Below are positions 50,268 through 59,898 of a stretch of 64,000 bases of DNA, one piece after another. The first letter of the stretch is position 1. Every line of letters starts with the position of its first letter. Under the pieces are notes generated by a model. The model was not told the DNA's origin, ran no database searches, and was given only the letters and a program-made list of their open reading frames with translations. The position numbers and the translations under genes were made by a program. The stretch is from Minisyncoccota bacterium (GTDB lineage: Bacteria > Patescibacteriota > Minisyncoccia > UBA9983), in NCBI GenBank assembly GCA_041648395.1, contig JBAZPC010000002.1, forward strand, positions 29,181-93,180. The letters run 5' to 3'.

Positions 50268-50900
50268 ATGAGGAAATTACTGGTTTTTTTAGTGTTTTTA
50301 GTGGTTTTGTTTTATCTGGATAATGTTGAGGCAGCAGAGAAGAAATACTGCGAGTTAAGCAATAATCCTTATACTCTTAAATCTGGCGAGATAGAATATT
50401 CTTTAACAGAGGATACTTTTCTCCCCAATAAAAGAGATGGGAAGGATAAAACGTACTTTTGCTGGCTTCGTAGAGGAGAATTGGTGGTTGCCGACGAAAC
50501 AACAGGGAGAATAACAAGAATTAAAAAATGTTCCAATCCTGTTGTCGGAGAAGCTTATGTTAGCTTGAGAAAAGAAGTTCTCGTTGAGGCTCTCGTCAAA
50601 GCTTTTGAAGCTGCTTCATTATCAACTCCAACTCCACAGCCGCCGCAGCCAACAACCACTCCGGAGTTCGTGGTCATATATTATTATGACCCGCGACTTG
50701 CCGCCCCTGCGCAAAACCAATCGGTTTTTGTAGAGGGCAATAGTGGCGGCTACTATGGCGGCGGCGGAGGATATGGAGGAGGTTATAATAAAACAAAAGT
50801 AAAAAACTATTATAATAATTATTATAATACTCCCCCACCTCCACCCCCATCCCCACCGCCAAGCGGCAAACCGGGGCCGAATCCCCCGGCGCACAGATAA
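50268..50900 (+). CDS. Secreted orphan protein with Gly/Tyr- and Pro-rich tail
   Basis: Signal peptide ending VEA; GAGGAGG RBS; hairpin at 50906-50946. Confidence 0.7.
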   Translation: MRKLLVFLVFLVVLFYLDNVEAAEKKYCELSNNPYTLKSGEIEYSLTEDTFLPNKRDGKDKTYFCWLRRGELVVADETTGRITRIKKCSNPVVGEAYVSLRKEVLVEALVKAFEAASLSTPTPQPPQPTTTPEFVVIYYYDPRLAAPAQNQSVFVEGNSGGYYGGGGGYGGGYNKTKVKNYYNNYYNTPPPPPPSPPPSGKPGPNPPAHR

Positions 50901-50995
50901 AATTTGCCCGTCCTGTTTTTCAAAAAAAAGAAAAACAAGGACGGGCCTACTCTTGAGTTTTTAAAAATTAAAAATTAAAAATTCAAAAGTGGATT

Positions 50996-53900
50996 ATGAA
51001 AAAAATTATGAATAAAAATTTAATATTGTTTTCAGGGCTGATAATTTTAGTCGGAGTTTTGGCGCCAACAGTTTTTGCGCAGGCCGCGTATTTTAATACT
51101 GACCCATCGGATCATCCAATATTAAGGGTTGCCAACGCCACAAAAAATCCTTTTTGCACCAGTTGCTGGAATTCAACGGTCACGGCCGATGCCGGCGACA
51201 TTGTTGATTTTGATATTTATTACCACAACACGTCCAGTGAGAAAGCCATTCAGACAATGGTCAACGCCATTCTTCCGTCCGGCAGTTCAAACTCTTTTAC
51301 GGTTTCTGGCAGTGTTTGGGCGCAAAACGCTTCCATGATAAGCGGTTCCGCTCTTATCAATCTTACTTCAAGCCAAAGCTTGTCGTTTATTCCCGGCTCT
51401 GTCAGATGGTATCCCAATCAATCGGCGTCTTTTTCTCCGCTTCTTAACGGGCAGTCCGGCGCTGAAATTATCACTGCGTCCGGTTTGAATATCGGCGACA
51501 TCGCCGCGGGATGGAGCACTCAAGGCCATGTTGTTTTTGGAGTTCAGGTGAGCGGCAGCCCAAATCCTCCTCCCTCGTCTCCTACGGTTTCTATTTCTGC
51601 CTCTCCGAATCCCGTTAATTATAATTCCACAACAAACTTAACATGGTCCTCAACCAATGCCACTTCATGTACCGCTTCCGGCGGATGGTCTGGAACAAAA
51701 GCGACTTCTGGTTCTGAAACAACCGGTTCTCTTGCAAGCGCCCAAACCTACACCCTCACCTGCACGGGCTCTGGCGGAACGACTTCAAATAGCGTTACTG
51801 TCAACGTTAATCAACAACAGGGCCAAGCGCCGACAGTGAACACAAACTCTGCCACCAATGTCGGGCAAATTTCAGCCACTCTTAATGGCTCAATCAATCC
51901 CAATTCCAGCGCCGCTAACGTCTGGTTTGAATGGGGAACAACGCAATCAAGTTTAACTAACACTATCACTTACGGCGGAATCGGCGCAGGCGCTTCGGCT
52001 GTCAACGCCTCCATGACGGTTTCCGGCCTCAACCAGAACACCACTTACTATTTTCGCGCTGTCGCGCAAAACTCCTTTGGCACCGTTCAAGGCCAGATTT
52101 TGAGTTTTACCACAGGAGGTGGAGGGGGAACTGGTTTACCGACAATCACCACAAATCCTGCCACCAACATTGTCCAAACTTCCGCTGACCTTAACGGCGC
52201 CGTCAATCCGAACGGCAGCAATACTAACGCTTGGTTTGAATATGGCACTACCCAATCATTTGGCAGCACCACCACCCAGGTTTCTCAAGGTTCGGGTTCT
52301 TCTAATATTAATTTCGTCAGAAACATTACTGGTCTTCAAAACAACACTACTTATTATTATAGGGCCATTGCTCAAAATTCTTTTGGAACGGTAAACGGTT
52401 CAACGCTTAATTTCACAACTTCTAGCGGTGGCGGGGGAGGGGGAGGAGGCGGTAGCCTCCCTGTTGTAAATACAGGGGATGCGTCAAATATTACAGACAC
52501 ATCCGCGGTATTAAAAGGTTATGCTAACCCCAATAACAGCGATACGAACGCGTGGTTTGAATGGGGTAGGGCTGTCGATGGTCTTGTTAATGTCACAAAT
52601 CAGCAGAATGTAGGGGGCGGAACTTCTTATGTGTCATTTCTTTCTGGTATAACAGGACTCACTTCTGGAACTGTTTATGTTTATCGCGCTGTCGCTCAAA
52701 ATGCCGCTGGCACGGCCTTTGGTTCTACTTTGAGTTTTACAGCCACTGGAGGTGGCGGCGGTGGCGGAGGAGGCGGTGGCGGAGGAGGCGGCTCTTGTTT
52801 GCCTATTGTCACAACTAATTCTGCCAGCTTTATAACCAAGGATTCAGCAACCTTAAGGGGACTTGTGAATCCGCAAGGCCGTTCAACAAGCGGTTGGTTT
52901 GAATATGGCAAATCATACGCTTTAACAAACAGAACTGAATCGCAAACAGCCGGCAGCGGTTCGGTTGATACCGATATATTAAAATATCTCGCCAGCATTG
53001 AATCAAATACCAGCTATTATTTCAGGACCGTGGCTCAAAATAATTGCGGTTCGGCGTACGGCAGTATTGTGAGTTTTACCACAGGGCTTGGCAACGGTAA
53101 TCCGCCGGAAGTCATAACTTTAGCGGCAACAAACATAACTCAAACATCAGCCACCATAAACGGAAACGTTAATCCCAATAATTATGACGTCTCGGCGTGG
53201 TTTGAATGGGGGACAAATCCGACTTTATCAGCTTATACTATTACCCCTACGTCAAATCTCGGCTCGGGAAATTTGTTTAAAGCGATAAGTTCAATGCCTT
53301 ACGGCTTGGCGAACAATTCTGTTTATTATTATCGCGCCGTTGCCCAGAATACCTTTGGCGTCGCGCGCGGAACAATCTTAAATTTTACAACTGGGAAAGT
53401 AGAAGCTCCTATCCCCGGTGTCAGTTTTTCTGTCTGGAAAGAAACAAAAAATCTTTCCTTTCCCAACGGCACGATTTATGTTAATTCATCTTCTATCGGC
53501 GATACGTTGGAATTTTCTCTAAACATAAAAAACAAAAGCTCTGACACATTAAGAAATATCATTGTGAAAGACAAAATTTCTTCTTACTTTGATTTCGTGG
53601 AATCAAGCCCCGGAATCAGTTCTAATTCCTCAGGGAATTCATTGGCGTGGAACATAGATTCTGTTGCTTCGGGGGATACAAAAACAATTACTTTTAAAAT
53701 TAAAACAAAAACTGTTGAGGAAAGCGTTGTTATTTCCAACAACTTCACAATCACTGCCGGCGGAATCACCAGAACATCAAACAGCACGACAAACATTCTT
53801 AACCCTTCTTTGATGGCGCTGGATATAGGCGTTGACAAAGACAACGTCAAGAAAAACGAGACGTACAATTATACCGTTAGGTACAGGAATATCGGAATCG

Positions 53901-54322
53901 CGGACGTTGACAATGTTTTGCTCAAAATAATTTTGCCGCAGAATGTCACCCTGAAAGATTCCCAGCCCAACTACGCCACCGCGGAGAAAAATATTCTCTT
54001 TTACAAAATCGGGAGAGTAAATAAAAACGAAAAAGGAACGATTGACATAAGCGTAAAAGTGAGCGACTCTGCCGAAAGCGGAGAAAAGTTGATTGCTACT
54101 GCTGTTCTTGATTACACCGACGCCTTTGGCGCGTCCCAGCCGAATATTTCTGCCTCAGTCACATCTGTCGTGGAGTCCGGATTCTTTGGCACTGCCGCGG
54201 CGCTTGGTTTTTCCTTTGGTGGTTCAAACTTCGGATTCTATCTTTTGTCGGCGCTCTTGCTGGCCGTCATCGGAGTGGTTGTCTACATCCGCCTTAAAGT
54301 TTCCAAGATGTTGAAAGTGTAA
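50996..54322 (+). CDS. Large cell-surface protein with five FN3-like repeats, DUF11-like domains and C-terminal TM anchor
   Basis: Repeated T..A.NI...SA.L.G..NP...WFE.G...YY.RA.AQN; poly-Gly linkers; signal peptide. Confidence 0.85.
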   Translation: MKKIMNKNLILFSGLIILVGVLAPTVFAQAAYFNTDPSDHPILRVANATKNPFCTSCWNSTVTADAGDIVDFDIYYHNTSSEKAIQTMVNAILPSGSSNSFTVSGSVWAQNASMISGSALINLTSSQSLSFIPGSVRWYPNQSASFSPLLNGQSGAEIITASGLNIGDIAAGWSTQGHVVFGVQVSGSPNPPPSSPTVSISASPNPVNYNSTTNLTWSSTNATSCTASGGWSGTKATSGSETTGSLASAQTYTLTCTGSGGTTSNSVTVNVNQQQGQAPTVNTNSATNVGQISATLNGSINPNSSAANVWFEWGTTQSSLTNTITYGGIGAGASAVNASMTVSGLNQNTTYYFRAVAQNSFGTVQGQILSFTTGGGGGTGLPTITTNPATNIVQTSADLNGAVNPNGSNTNAWFEYGTTQSFGSTTTQVSQGSGSSNINFVRNITGLQNNTTYYYRAIAQNSFGTVNGSTLNFTTSSGGGGGGGGGSLPVVNTGDASNITDTSAVLKGYANPNNSDTNAWFEWGRAVDGLVNVTNQQNVGGGTSYVSFLSGITGLTSGTVYVYRAVAQNAAGTAFGSTLSFTATGGGGGGGGGGGGGGGSCLPIVTTNSASFITKDSATLRGLVNPQGRSTSGWFEYGKSYALTNRTESQTAGSGSVDTDILKYLASIESNTSYYFRTVAQNNCGSAYGSIVSFTTGLGNGNPPEVITLAATNITQTSATINGNVNPNNYDVSAWFEWGTNPTLSAYTITPTSNLGSGNLFKAISSMPYGLANNSVYYYRAVAQNTFGVARGTILNFTTGKVEAPIPGVSFSVWKETKNLSFPNGTIYVNSSSIGDTLEFSLNIKNKSSDTLRNIIVKDKISSYFDFVESSPGISSNSSGNSLAWNIDSVASGDTKTITFKIKTKTVEESVVISNNFTITAGGITRTSNSTTNILNPSLMALDIGVDKDNVKKNETYNYTVRYRNIGIADVDNVLLKIILPQNVTLKDSQPNYATAEKNILFYKIGRVNKNEKGTIDISVKVSDSAESGEKLIATAVLDYTDAFGASQPNISASVTSVVESGFFGTAAALGFSFGGSNFGFYLLSALLLAVIGVVVYIRLKVSKMLKV

Positions 54323-54325
54323 ACC

Positions 54326-54380
54326 ACTTAGGAGTTGAACTCCTAAGTAACAAAAATCCCGCCCACGGCGGGATTTTTGT
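54326..54380. terminator. Palindrome plus terminator
   Basis: acttaggagtt-g-aactcctaagt then aacaaaaatcccgcc-cac-ggcgggatttttgtt. Confidence 0.8.
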
Positions 54381-54404
54381 TATAATATATGCTACAATGC
54401 CATT

Positions 54405-54671
54405 ATGACTATCCAAGAATTCATTAAAAAAAGGCGATACCTAGTTTGGTATGTCAAAGAACCGGAAAATCTTTCTCCGGAATCTATTGTGGAAGCGGTT
54501 TTGAATTACGGAAATTGGGACGATGTGCAGACCCTTATTAAAATTATGGGGATTAAAAAAGTGGCAAAAATTTTTCGCGAAAAATCAAAGCCGTCAAAAA
54601 TGGGCAGGCAAAACTATCGCTCTGAAACAAAAAATTATTTTGGGCTATATTTTAATAAATATGCCAAATAG
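54405..54671 (+). CDS. Putative antitoxin partner of AbiEii-like protein
   Basis: LVWY...SIVEAVLNYGNWDD; overlaps the downstream NTase. Confidence 0.7.
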   Translation: MTIQEFIKKRRYLVWYVKEPENLSPESIVEAVLNYGNWDDVQTLIKIMGIKKVAKIFREKSKPSKMGRQNYRSETKNYFGLYFNKYAK

Positions 54672-55284
54672 AATGCATAAAGAAATTTTAACAGACGAAC
54701 AGATAAAACTATTGCCGTTGCTGGAAAAATTTTCTAAAAATTTTGGGTTGGTTGGCGGAACCGCAGTCGCGCTTCATATTGGTCACAGGAGATCAATTGA
54801 CTTTGATCTTTTTAGTTTGAAAAAATTTAACAATTTGACGCTTCAAAAAAAAATTTCCAGATATTTCAAAATTGATGAAGTTATAGTGAATAAAGCTGGC
54901 GAATATACAATCTTTATTAAAGGAGTTAAACTTACTTTTTTTCATTATAATTACCCGATTGTTTTTTCAGAACGATTGGATAAAGTTGTTAAATTGCCAA
55001 ATCTTCTGACTTTAGCGGCGATGAAATTATTCGCTATGGGCATGAGGGCAAAGTGGAAAGATTATGTTGATGTCTATTTTATTTTGAAAGAACATTACAC
55101 AATTACTGATATTGTTAAAAAGGGTGAGGAAATTTTTGGCGGAGAATGTAATGAAAAATTATTTCGTTCCCAAATGGCTTATTTTAAAGATGTTAATTAC
55201 TCTGAGTCGGTTGAATATATGAAGGGCTTTGAAGTGAGTGATAAAATTATAAAAAAAGAATTGATAAAATTTAGTTTAAAATAA
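54661..55284 (+). CDS. AbiEii/AbiGii-family nucleotidyltransferase (type IV TA)
   Basis: LVGGTAVALHIGHRRSIDFDLF, AAMKL, RAKWKDYVD. Confidence 0.88.
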   Translation: MPNRMHKEILTDEQIKLLPLLEKFSKNFGLVGGTAVALHIGHRRSIDFDLFSLKKFNNLTLQKKISRYFKIDEVIVNKAGEYTIFIKGVKLTFFHYNYPIVFSERLDKVVKLPNLLTLAAMKLFAMGMRAKWKDYVDVYFILKEHYTITDIVKKGEEIFGGECNEKLFRSQMAYFKDVNYSESVEYMKGFEVSDKIIKKELIKFSLK

Positions 55285-55299
55285 TCAAAACCGAAAGAT

Positions 55300-57495
55300 G
55301 TGAATGCGGAAAGGAAAAATTTGGTTCTCATTGACGCTCACGCGGTTTTGCATCGCGCCTTTCACGCGCTGCCGAATTTCACTTCGTCGTCCGGCGAGCC
55401 GACGGGCGCGCTCTACGGCTTTTCCGCTTTTCTCATAAAAATAATAAAGGAACTAAAACCCGATTACATCGCCGCCTGTTATGATTTGCCTCAGCCGACT
55501 TTTCGTCACGCCGCCTATGAAAATTACAAAGCGCAGAGGCCGAAGATGGATGACATTCTGGCGAAGCAGATAAACCGCTCGCGCGACATTCTCAATGCGT
55601 TTGAAATTCCAATTTACGATTCGCCCGGCTTTGAAGCGGACGATATACTCGGCACTATCAGCCATCAACTATCAGCTTTTAGTCATCAGCTTAAAATTAT
55701 TATCGCTTCCGGTGATTTGGATACATTGCAACTGGTGAGCGATGATGATGTTGTCGTTTATACTTTGAGCAAGGGAATAAAAGAGGCGGTCATATACGAC
55801 GAGAAAGCAGTTAAAGAACGTTATGGCTTCGGTCCGGAGTTAGTGCCAGATTTTAAGGGACTGAAAGGAGACCCGTCTGATAATATTATCGGCGTCAAAG
55901 GAATAGGCGAGAAGACGGCGACAGAACTCATAAAAAAATTCGGCACCATTGAAAATTTATACAAAGAAATTAAAAAGGACTCAGAGATATTAAAAAAAGA
56001 AGGATTCAAACCGAAGGCGATAGAAGTTTTAAAGGAAAACGAGGAGGAGGCGCTTTTCAGCAAGACCTTGGCGGAGATTAGGCGCGACGCGCCGATAAAA
56101 TTTTCTTTGGAAGGCAGCGCGTGGAAAGAATCGTTTGACATTGAAAAAGCAAAATCGCTTTTCGGCGAATTCGGTTTCAGGAGTTTGATTGGCAGAATTG
56201 GCGAGCAAAATTTCCCAAAAGAAAAAGAGGCGCCCAAACCAGAAAATTCGCTTTTTGAAAGATTCAAGGGCCAAGTGCCGGAAAAATTGTTCAACGAGAT
56301 AGAACAACCTCTTGCGGGAATTATTTCCGAGATGGAAAAAACAGGCATTCTTCTTGATATCGCTTATTTGAAAAAATTATCAAAAGATTACCACGGCGAA
56401 CTGGAAAAACTTGAGAAAAAAATATGGAAATTGGCTGGACGGGAATTCAACATTAATTCGCCGAAGCAACTGGGAGAAATCATTTTTGATAAACTGGGAT
56501 TGAAAACAAAAAATCGTTCCACGGACGCCGGAGAATTGGCAAAACTGAAGGGCGCGCACCCTATCATAGAAGAAATCGTTTCTTATCGCGAGCTGGCTAA
56601 ACTTCTTTCAACTTATGTTGACACCTTGCCGAAGTTGGCGGACAAAAACGGCCGGCTGCACACGACCTTTGACCAGGCAGGCACGACCACGGGCAGAATT
56701 TCTTCAAAAAATCCCAATCTCCAAAACATTCCCAAGCGCACGGAGTTGGGAAGAAACGTGCGAAGGGCGTTCATCGTGGACAAAGGGTTCAAGTTAGTGA
56801 GTTTTGATTATTCGCAGATTGAATTGAGAGTGCTGGCGATTTTAAGCGAAGACAAAAAGCTTTTGGAAGTTTTCAAGAAAAATGAGGATGTGCATGATAC
56901 TGTCGCCTCTGAAGTTTTCGGAGTTCCCAAAAACAAAGTTACAGCAGAAATGAGAAGGCGAGCCAAAGTAATAAACTTCGGAATCATTTATGGCATGGGC
57001 ATTAACGCGCTAAAAATGAATCTTGAAACGACAAAAGAGGAAGCGCAGAAATTTTACGACGAATACTTTGCGCACTTCAAAGGCGTGGCGGATTACATTA
57101 AAAGGGTGAAAGAGGACGCCCGCAGAAAGGGCTTCACTGAAACTTTGTTCGGGAGAAAAAGATATTTTCCGGAAATAAAATCTTCTCTTGAATACGTGAG
57201 AAAAGAAGCGGAGCGCATGGCAGTGAACGCGCCGCTGCAAGGCACGGCGGCGGATTTTATTAAATTAGCCATGGTAAGAATAAACGAGGCGCTGGAAAAG
57301 AAGTCGTTAAAATCAAAAGCGCGCCTGCTCTTGCAAATCCATGACGAACTTGTTTTTGAAATAGAAGAGAAAAGTATTTCTGAAATAGCGCCGGAAATAA
57401 AGAAAATTATGGAAAGCGTCTATGAAGGCGATATACCCATGGAGACCCGCGTTGTTGCGGGAAAAAATTGGGAGGATATGGTAGAATGCAAATAA
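55300..57495 (+). CDS. polA: DNA polymerase I (no evident 3'-5' exonuclease domain)
   Basis: EADD, GDPSDNI.GVKGIG, TGRISS..PNLQNIP, DYSQIELR, INFGIIYG, QIHDEL. Confidence 0.96.
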   Translation: MNAERKNLVLIDAHAVLHRAFHALPNFTSSSGEPTGALYGFSAFLIKIIKELKPDYIAACYDLPQPTFRHAAYENYKAQRPKMDDILAKQINRSRDILNAFEIPIYDSPGFEADDILGTISHQLSAFSHQLKIIIASGDLDTLQLVSDDDVVVYTLSKGIKEAVIYDEKAVKERYGFGPELVPDFKGLKGDPSDNIIGVKGIGEKTATELIKKFGTIENLYKEIKKDSEILKKEGFKPKAIEVLKENEEEALFSKTLAEIRRDAPIKFSLEGSAWKESFDIEKAKSLFGEFGFRSLIGRIGEQNFPKEKEAPKPENSLFERFKGQVPEKLFNEIEQPLAGIISEMEKTGILLDIAYLKKLSKDYHGELEKLEKKIWKLAGREFNINSPKQLGEIIFDKLGLKTKNRSTDAGELAKLKGAHPIIEEIVSYRELAKLLSTYVDTLPKLADKNGRLHTTFDQAGTTTGRISSKNPNLQNIPKRTELGRNVRRAFIVDKGFKLVSFDYSQIELRVLAILSEDKKLLEVFKKNEDVHDTVASEVFGVPKNKVTAEMRRRAKVINFGIIYGMGINALKMNLETTKEEAQKFYDEYFAHFKGVADYIKRVKEDARRKGFTETLFGRKRYFPEIKSSLEYVRKEAERMAVNAPLQGTAADFIKLAMVRINEALEKKSLKSKARLLLQIHDELVFEIEEKSISEIAPEIKKIMESVYEGDIPMETRVVAGKNWEDMVECK

Positions 57496-57496
57496 T

Positions 57497-57877
57497 ATGG
57501 CGAAAGAATCAATTTTAATAGTAGAAGACGACAAGTTTTTCAGGGACTTGGTCTCAAAAAAGCTTGAAAAGAACGGCTTTGAAATGCTTTTGGCCGCCGA
57601 CAGCAAGGAGACGCTTACCCTTTTGGAAGAAAAAAAGCCGTCTCTCATAATTTCAGACCTGATTCTCCCTGGGCTGGACGGCTTTGAACTTATTTCTATT
57701 ATAAAAAAAGACGAAAAGACCAAAGACATACCCGTGATAGTTTTAAGCAACCTTGGGCAAAAAGAAGAAATAGAGAGGGCAATGTCGTTGGGCGCGATTG
57801 ATTTTATGGTCAAAGTGAATTTTACACCAGATGAGATTGTGGAAAAAATCAAAAGGGTCTTAAGCGGAAGGATTTAG
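57497..57877 (+). CDS. Stand-alone response regulator receiver
   Basis: ILIVEDD, DLILPGLDG, LSN, K. Confidence 0.92.
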   Translation: MAKESILIVEDDKFFRDLVSKKLEKNGFEMLLAADSKETLTLLEEKKPSLIISDLILPGLDGFELISIIKKDEKTKDIPVIVLSNLGQKEEIERAMSLGAIDFMVKVNFTPDEIVEKIKRVLSGRI

Positions 57878-57882
57878 GAGCC

Positions 57883-58647
57883 ATGATATATCTTCTTTAT
57901 GGAAAAGATGCAGTGAAGAGCAGACAGAAGTTAAATGAGCTTCTGTATTTTTTTCGTTCCAAAGACAGCAATGTTTCTATTTTTAAAATTGACGAATACG
58001 ATTTTGAAAAAGAAAAACTAGAAGAGCTGTCCCGTTCCAGCACGCTTTTCGGTGGAAAGGTGGTTGTGGTATTCAATAGGATATTTGACGACAAAAATAT
58101 TTCAAAAATTATTCTGGAAAATTTGGACGTGTACGCCGCTTCCAAAAATATTTTTATTTTTTATGAGGAAGAAGTGGACGACAAAAATTTTGATTTAATC
58201 AAAGAAAAAGCGAAGAAAGTTCAGAAATTTAATCTGCCTGCAGGTAGGGAACTAAAAACAAGTAAATTTGGCGGAAAGGACTACGGCGACTATAATCCCT
58301 TTCTTATCTGCGACGCCGTCGGCGAGAAAAATAAAAAAAAGGCGTGGCTTTTATTCCAAGATGCGCTTTTTAAAGGCGTGCCGGCGGAGGAAGTTTTTTG
58401 GAAAATTTGGTGGCAGGCAAAGACAATGCTTTCCGTTAAAATCGCGTCCGATGCGGGAGTAAAAAATCTTGAAAAGGAAACTGGCTTTCATCCGTATGTG
58501 GTAAAGAAAAATCTCGGCTTCTTGAGAAATTTCAGCTTCAAAGAACTTGATATTTTTTCCTGGAAACTCGTGGAGCTTTATCACAACGCCCGCCGTGGCC
58601 TGGCCGATTTCGAAATCGGCTTGGAGAAAATTTTAGTTAACTTTTAA
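57883..58647 (+). CDS. holA: DNA polymerase III delta subunit (short form)
   Basis: MIYLLYG, TLFG, F..CDA, GFHPYVVKK. Confidence 0.8.
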   Translation: MIYLLYGKDAVKSRQKLNELLYFFRSKDSNVSIFKIDEYDFEKEKLEELSRSSTLFGGKVVVVFNRIFDDKNISKIILENLDVYAASKNIFIFYEEEVDDKNFDLIKEKAKKVQKFNLPAGRELKTSKFGGKDYGDYNPFLICDAVGEKNKKKAWLLFQDALFKGVPAEEVFWKIWWQAKTMLSVKIASDAGVKNLEKETGFHPYVVKKNLGFLRNFSFKELDIFSWKLVELYHNARRGLADFEIGLEKILVNF

Positions 58648-58675
58648 CTTTTATTATGTTAATATCATAAACAGC

Positions 58676-59047
58676 ATGGAAAAAATTAAAATTCTTGTCG
58701 TAGAAGACGACGACTTTTTTAGAGATACTGTTGCTAAAAGATTAGAACGGGAGGGGTTTGATGTGTCTTCTGCTGGGAACAGCAAAGAGGCGTTGGAAAT
58801 TTTAGAGACAAAAAAGCCAAACATTGTCTTACTAGACATAATTCTTCCCGGAATGGACGGCTTTGAACTTCTTTCTCTAATTAAGAAAACAGAGAGTATA
58901 AAGGACATTTCCGTAATGATTTTAAGTAATCTGGGTCAAAAACAGGACATTGAAAAAGCGCTTTCCTTGGGCGCGAAGGACTTTATGATTAAAGTGAATG
59001 TCAACTTGGATCAAATCGTAGAGAGAATTAAAAAAGAAATTTCTTAA
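58676..59047 (+). CDS. Stand-alone response regulator receiver (paralog of 57497)
   Basis: ILVVEDD, DIILPGMDG, LSNLGQK. Confidence 0.92.
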   Translation: MEKIKILVVEDDDFFRDTVAKRLEREGFDVSSAGNSKEALEILETKKPNIVLLDIILPGMDGFELLSLIKKTESIKDISVMILSNLGQKQDIEKALSLGAKDFMIKVNVNLDQIVERIKKEIS

Positions 59048-59054
59048 TTTTTAA

Positions 59055-59133
59055 ATTGTCCGCCCGGCAGGATTCCCCGCCCGCCACGCAAGCCAAGCAA
59101 GCTTGTCTTGCTGGCGTTGCGGGCAGGGAACCT
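59055..59133 (-). pseudogene. 3' fragment of tRNA-Lys interrupted in the T loop by a 52-bp palindromic element (59076-59127)
   Basis: attgtccgcccggcaggattc|insert|gaacct equals 60787-60813 exactly. Confidence 0.9.
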
Positions 59134-59185
59134 CAAACAAATTACGCCCTCGCTTGGGTTAGCGGATTTTTTACTAATATTTATA

Positions 59186-59404
59186 TTATCTTTCTAGTTT
59201 GTTTATTTCTGCTGGCGATAAAAAATCTTCACACTCCTTTTTTAATTTTTCCTTTATTACATCTAACCCCTTCCATTCCTCGCGAGAAAGAGACAATTGT
59301 TCTTTGTCTTCAGTTTTAGTGGTTATTCTATATGCCCGAGTCCTTTTCTTAATATTTTCCCATTCTTTAAATAATCTTTCGCAATATTCTTGTTTATCTT
59401 CCAT
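59186..59404 (-). CDS. Hypothetical protein
   Basis: 72 aa charged ORF in the tRNA-Lys island. Confidence 0.55.
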   Translation of the reverse strand: MEDKQEYCERLFKEWENIKKRTRAYRITTKTEDKEQLSLSREEWKGLDVIKEKLKKECEDFLSPAEINKLER

Positions 59405-59437
59405 AAATTTATTTTACCCTAATAGTAATAAAAAAAA

Positions 59438-59881
59438 TCAGACCATTTCTTTTTTTAGTTTATTGAAACAAATTTTTAGCTTTTCTAAAATAAAATTACT
59501 GCTAATTTGAGGGGGGTTTAATTTAAAATCTAATTTTCCGATTTTGCTAATTCCTAGAATCTTTCCGTGATGGACGCCGAAACACCTATGCCATTGGTAT
59601 ATTTTATTGGCTAAATCTATGTTTATACTAGAATAAGAACTAAGAAAATTTATAAACAATCTTTTTGAAGTTAAGCCGTTTTTAAATCTTGACAAGCCAT
59701 CGATATAACAAAGTGCTAAAATAATCTTTTCTTCTTCGTATTCTCCGCCTATTTTTTCAAGCTGTTTAATTTTAGTTTCATAATTATTAAACCATTTCTT
59801 AATTATTTCTTTGTCTGTCCCGGTCAAAAAACTTTTACGCCACATTCGGAACTCCTCTATATCCTTTTTATTTACTCTCAT
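59438..59881 (-). CDS. Putative HEPN-like protein
   Basis: LCYIDGLS helix and IYQWHRCFGVH (Rx4H). Confidence 0.5.
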   Translation of the reverse strand: MRVNKKDIEEFRMWRKSFLTGTDKEIIKKWFNNYETKIKQLEKIGGEYEEEKIILALCYIDGLSRFKNGLTSKRLFINFLSSYSSINIDLANKIYQWHRCFGVHHGKILGISKIGKLDFKLNPPQISSNFILEKLKICFNKLKKEMV

Positions 59882-59898
59882 TGTATTTTACCATTAAC

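Noticed and set aside
52420-52795. GGC/GGA/GGT runs as a repeat element
   Set aside because: They encode poly-Gly linkers between domains of the surface protein.
59076-59127. Inserts in tRNA fragments as tRNA introns or split-tRNA pieces
   Set aside because: The fragments are too short to rebuild a full tRNA, intact genes lie alongside, and related elements also occur in protein genes.
59056-59319. ORFs containing PPATQAKQACLAGVAG, and 21829-22125 as a full gene
   Set aside because: Translations of palindromic inserts and antisense tRNA sequence.
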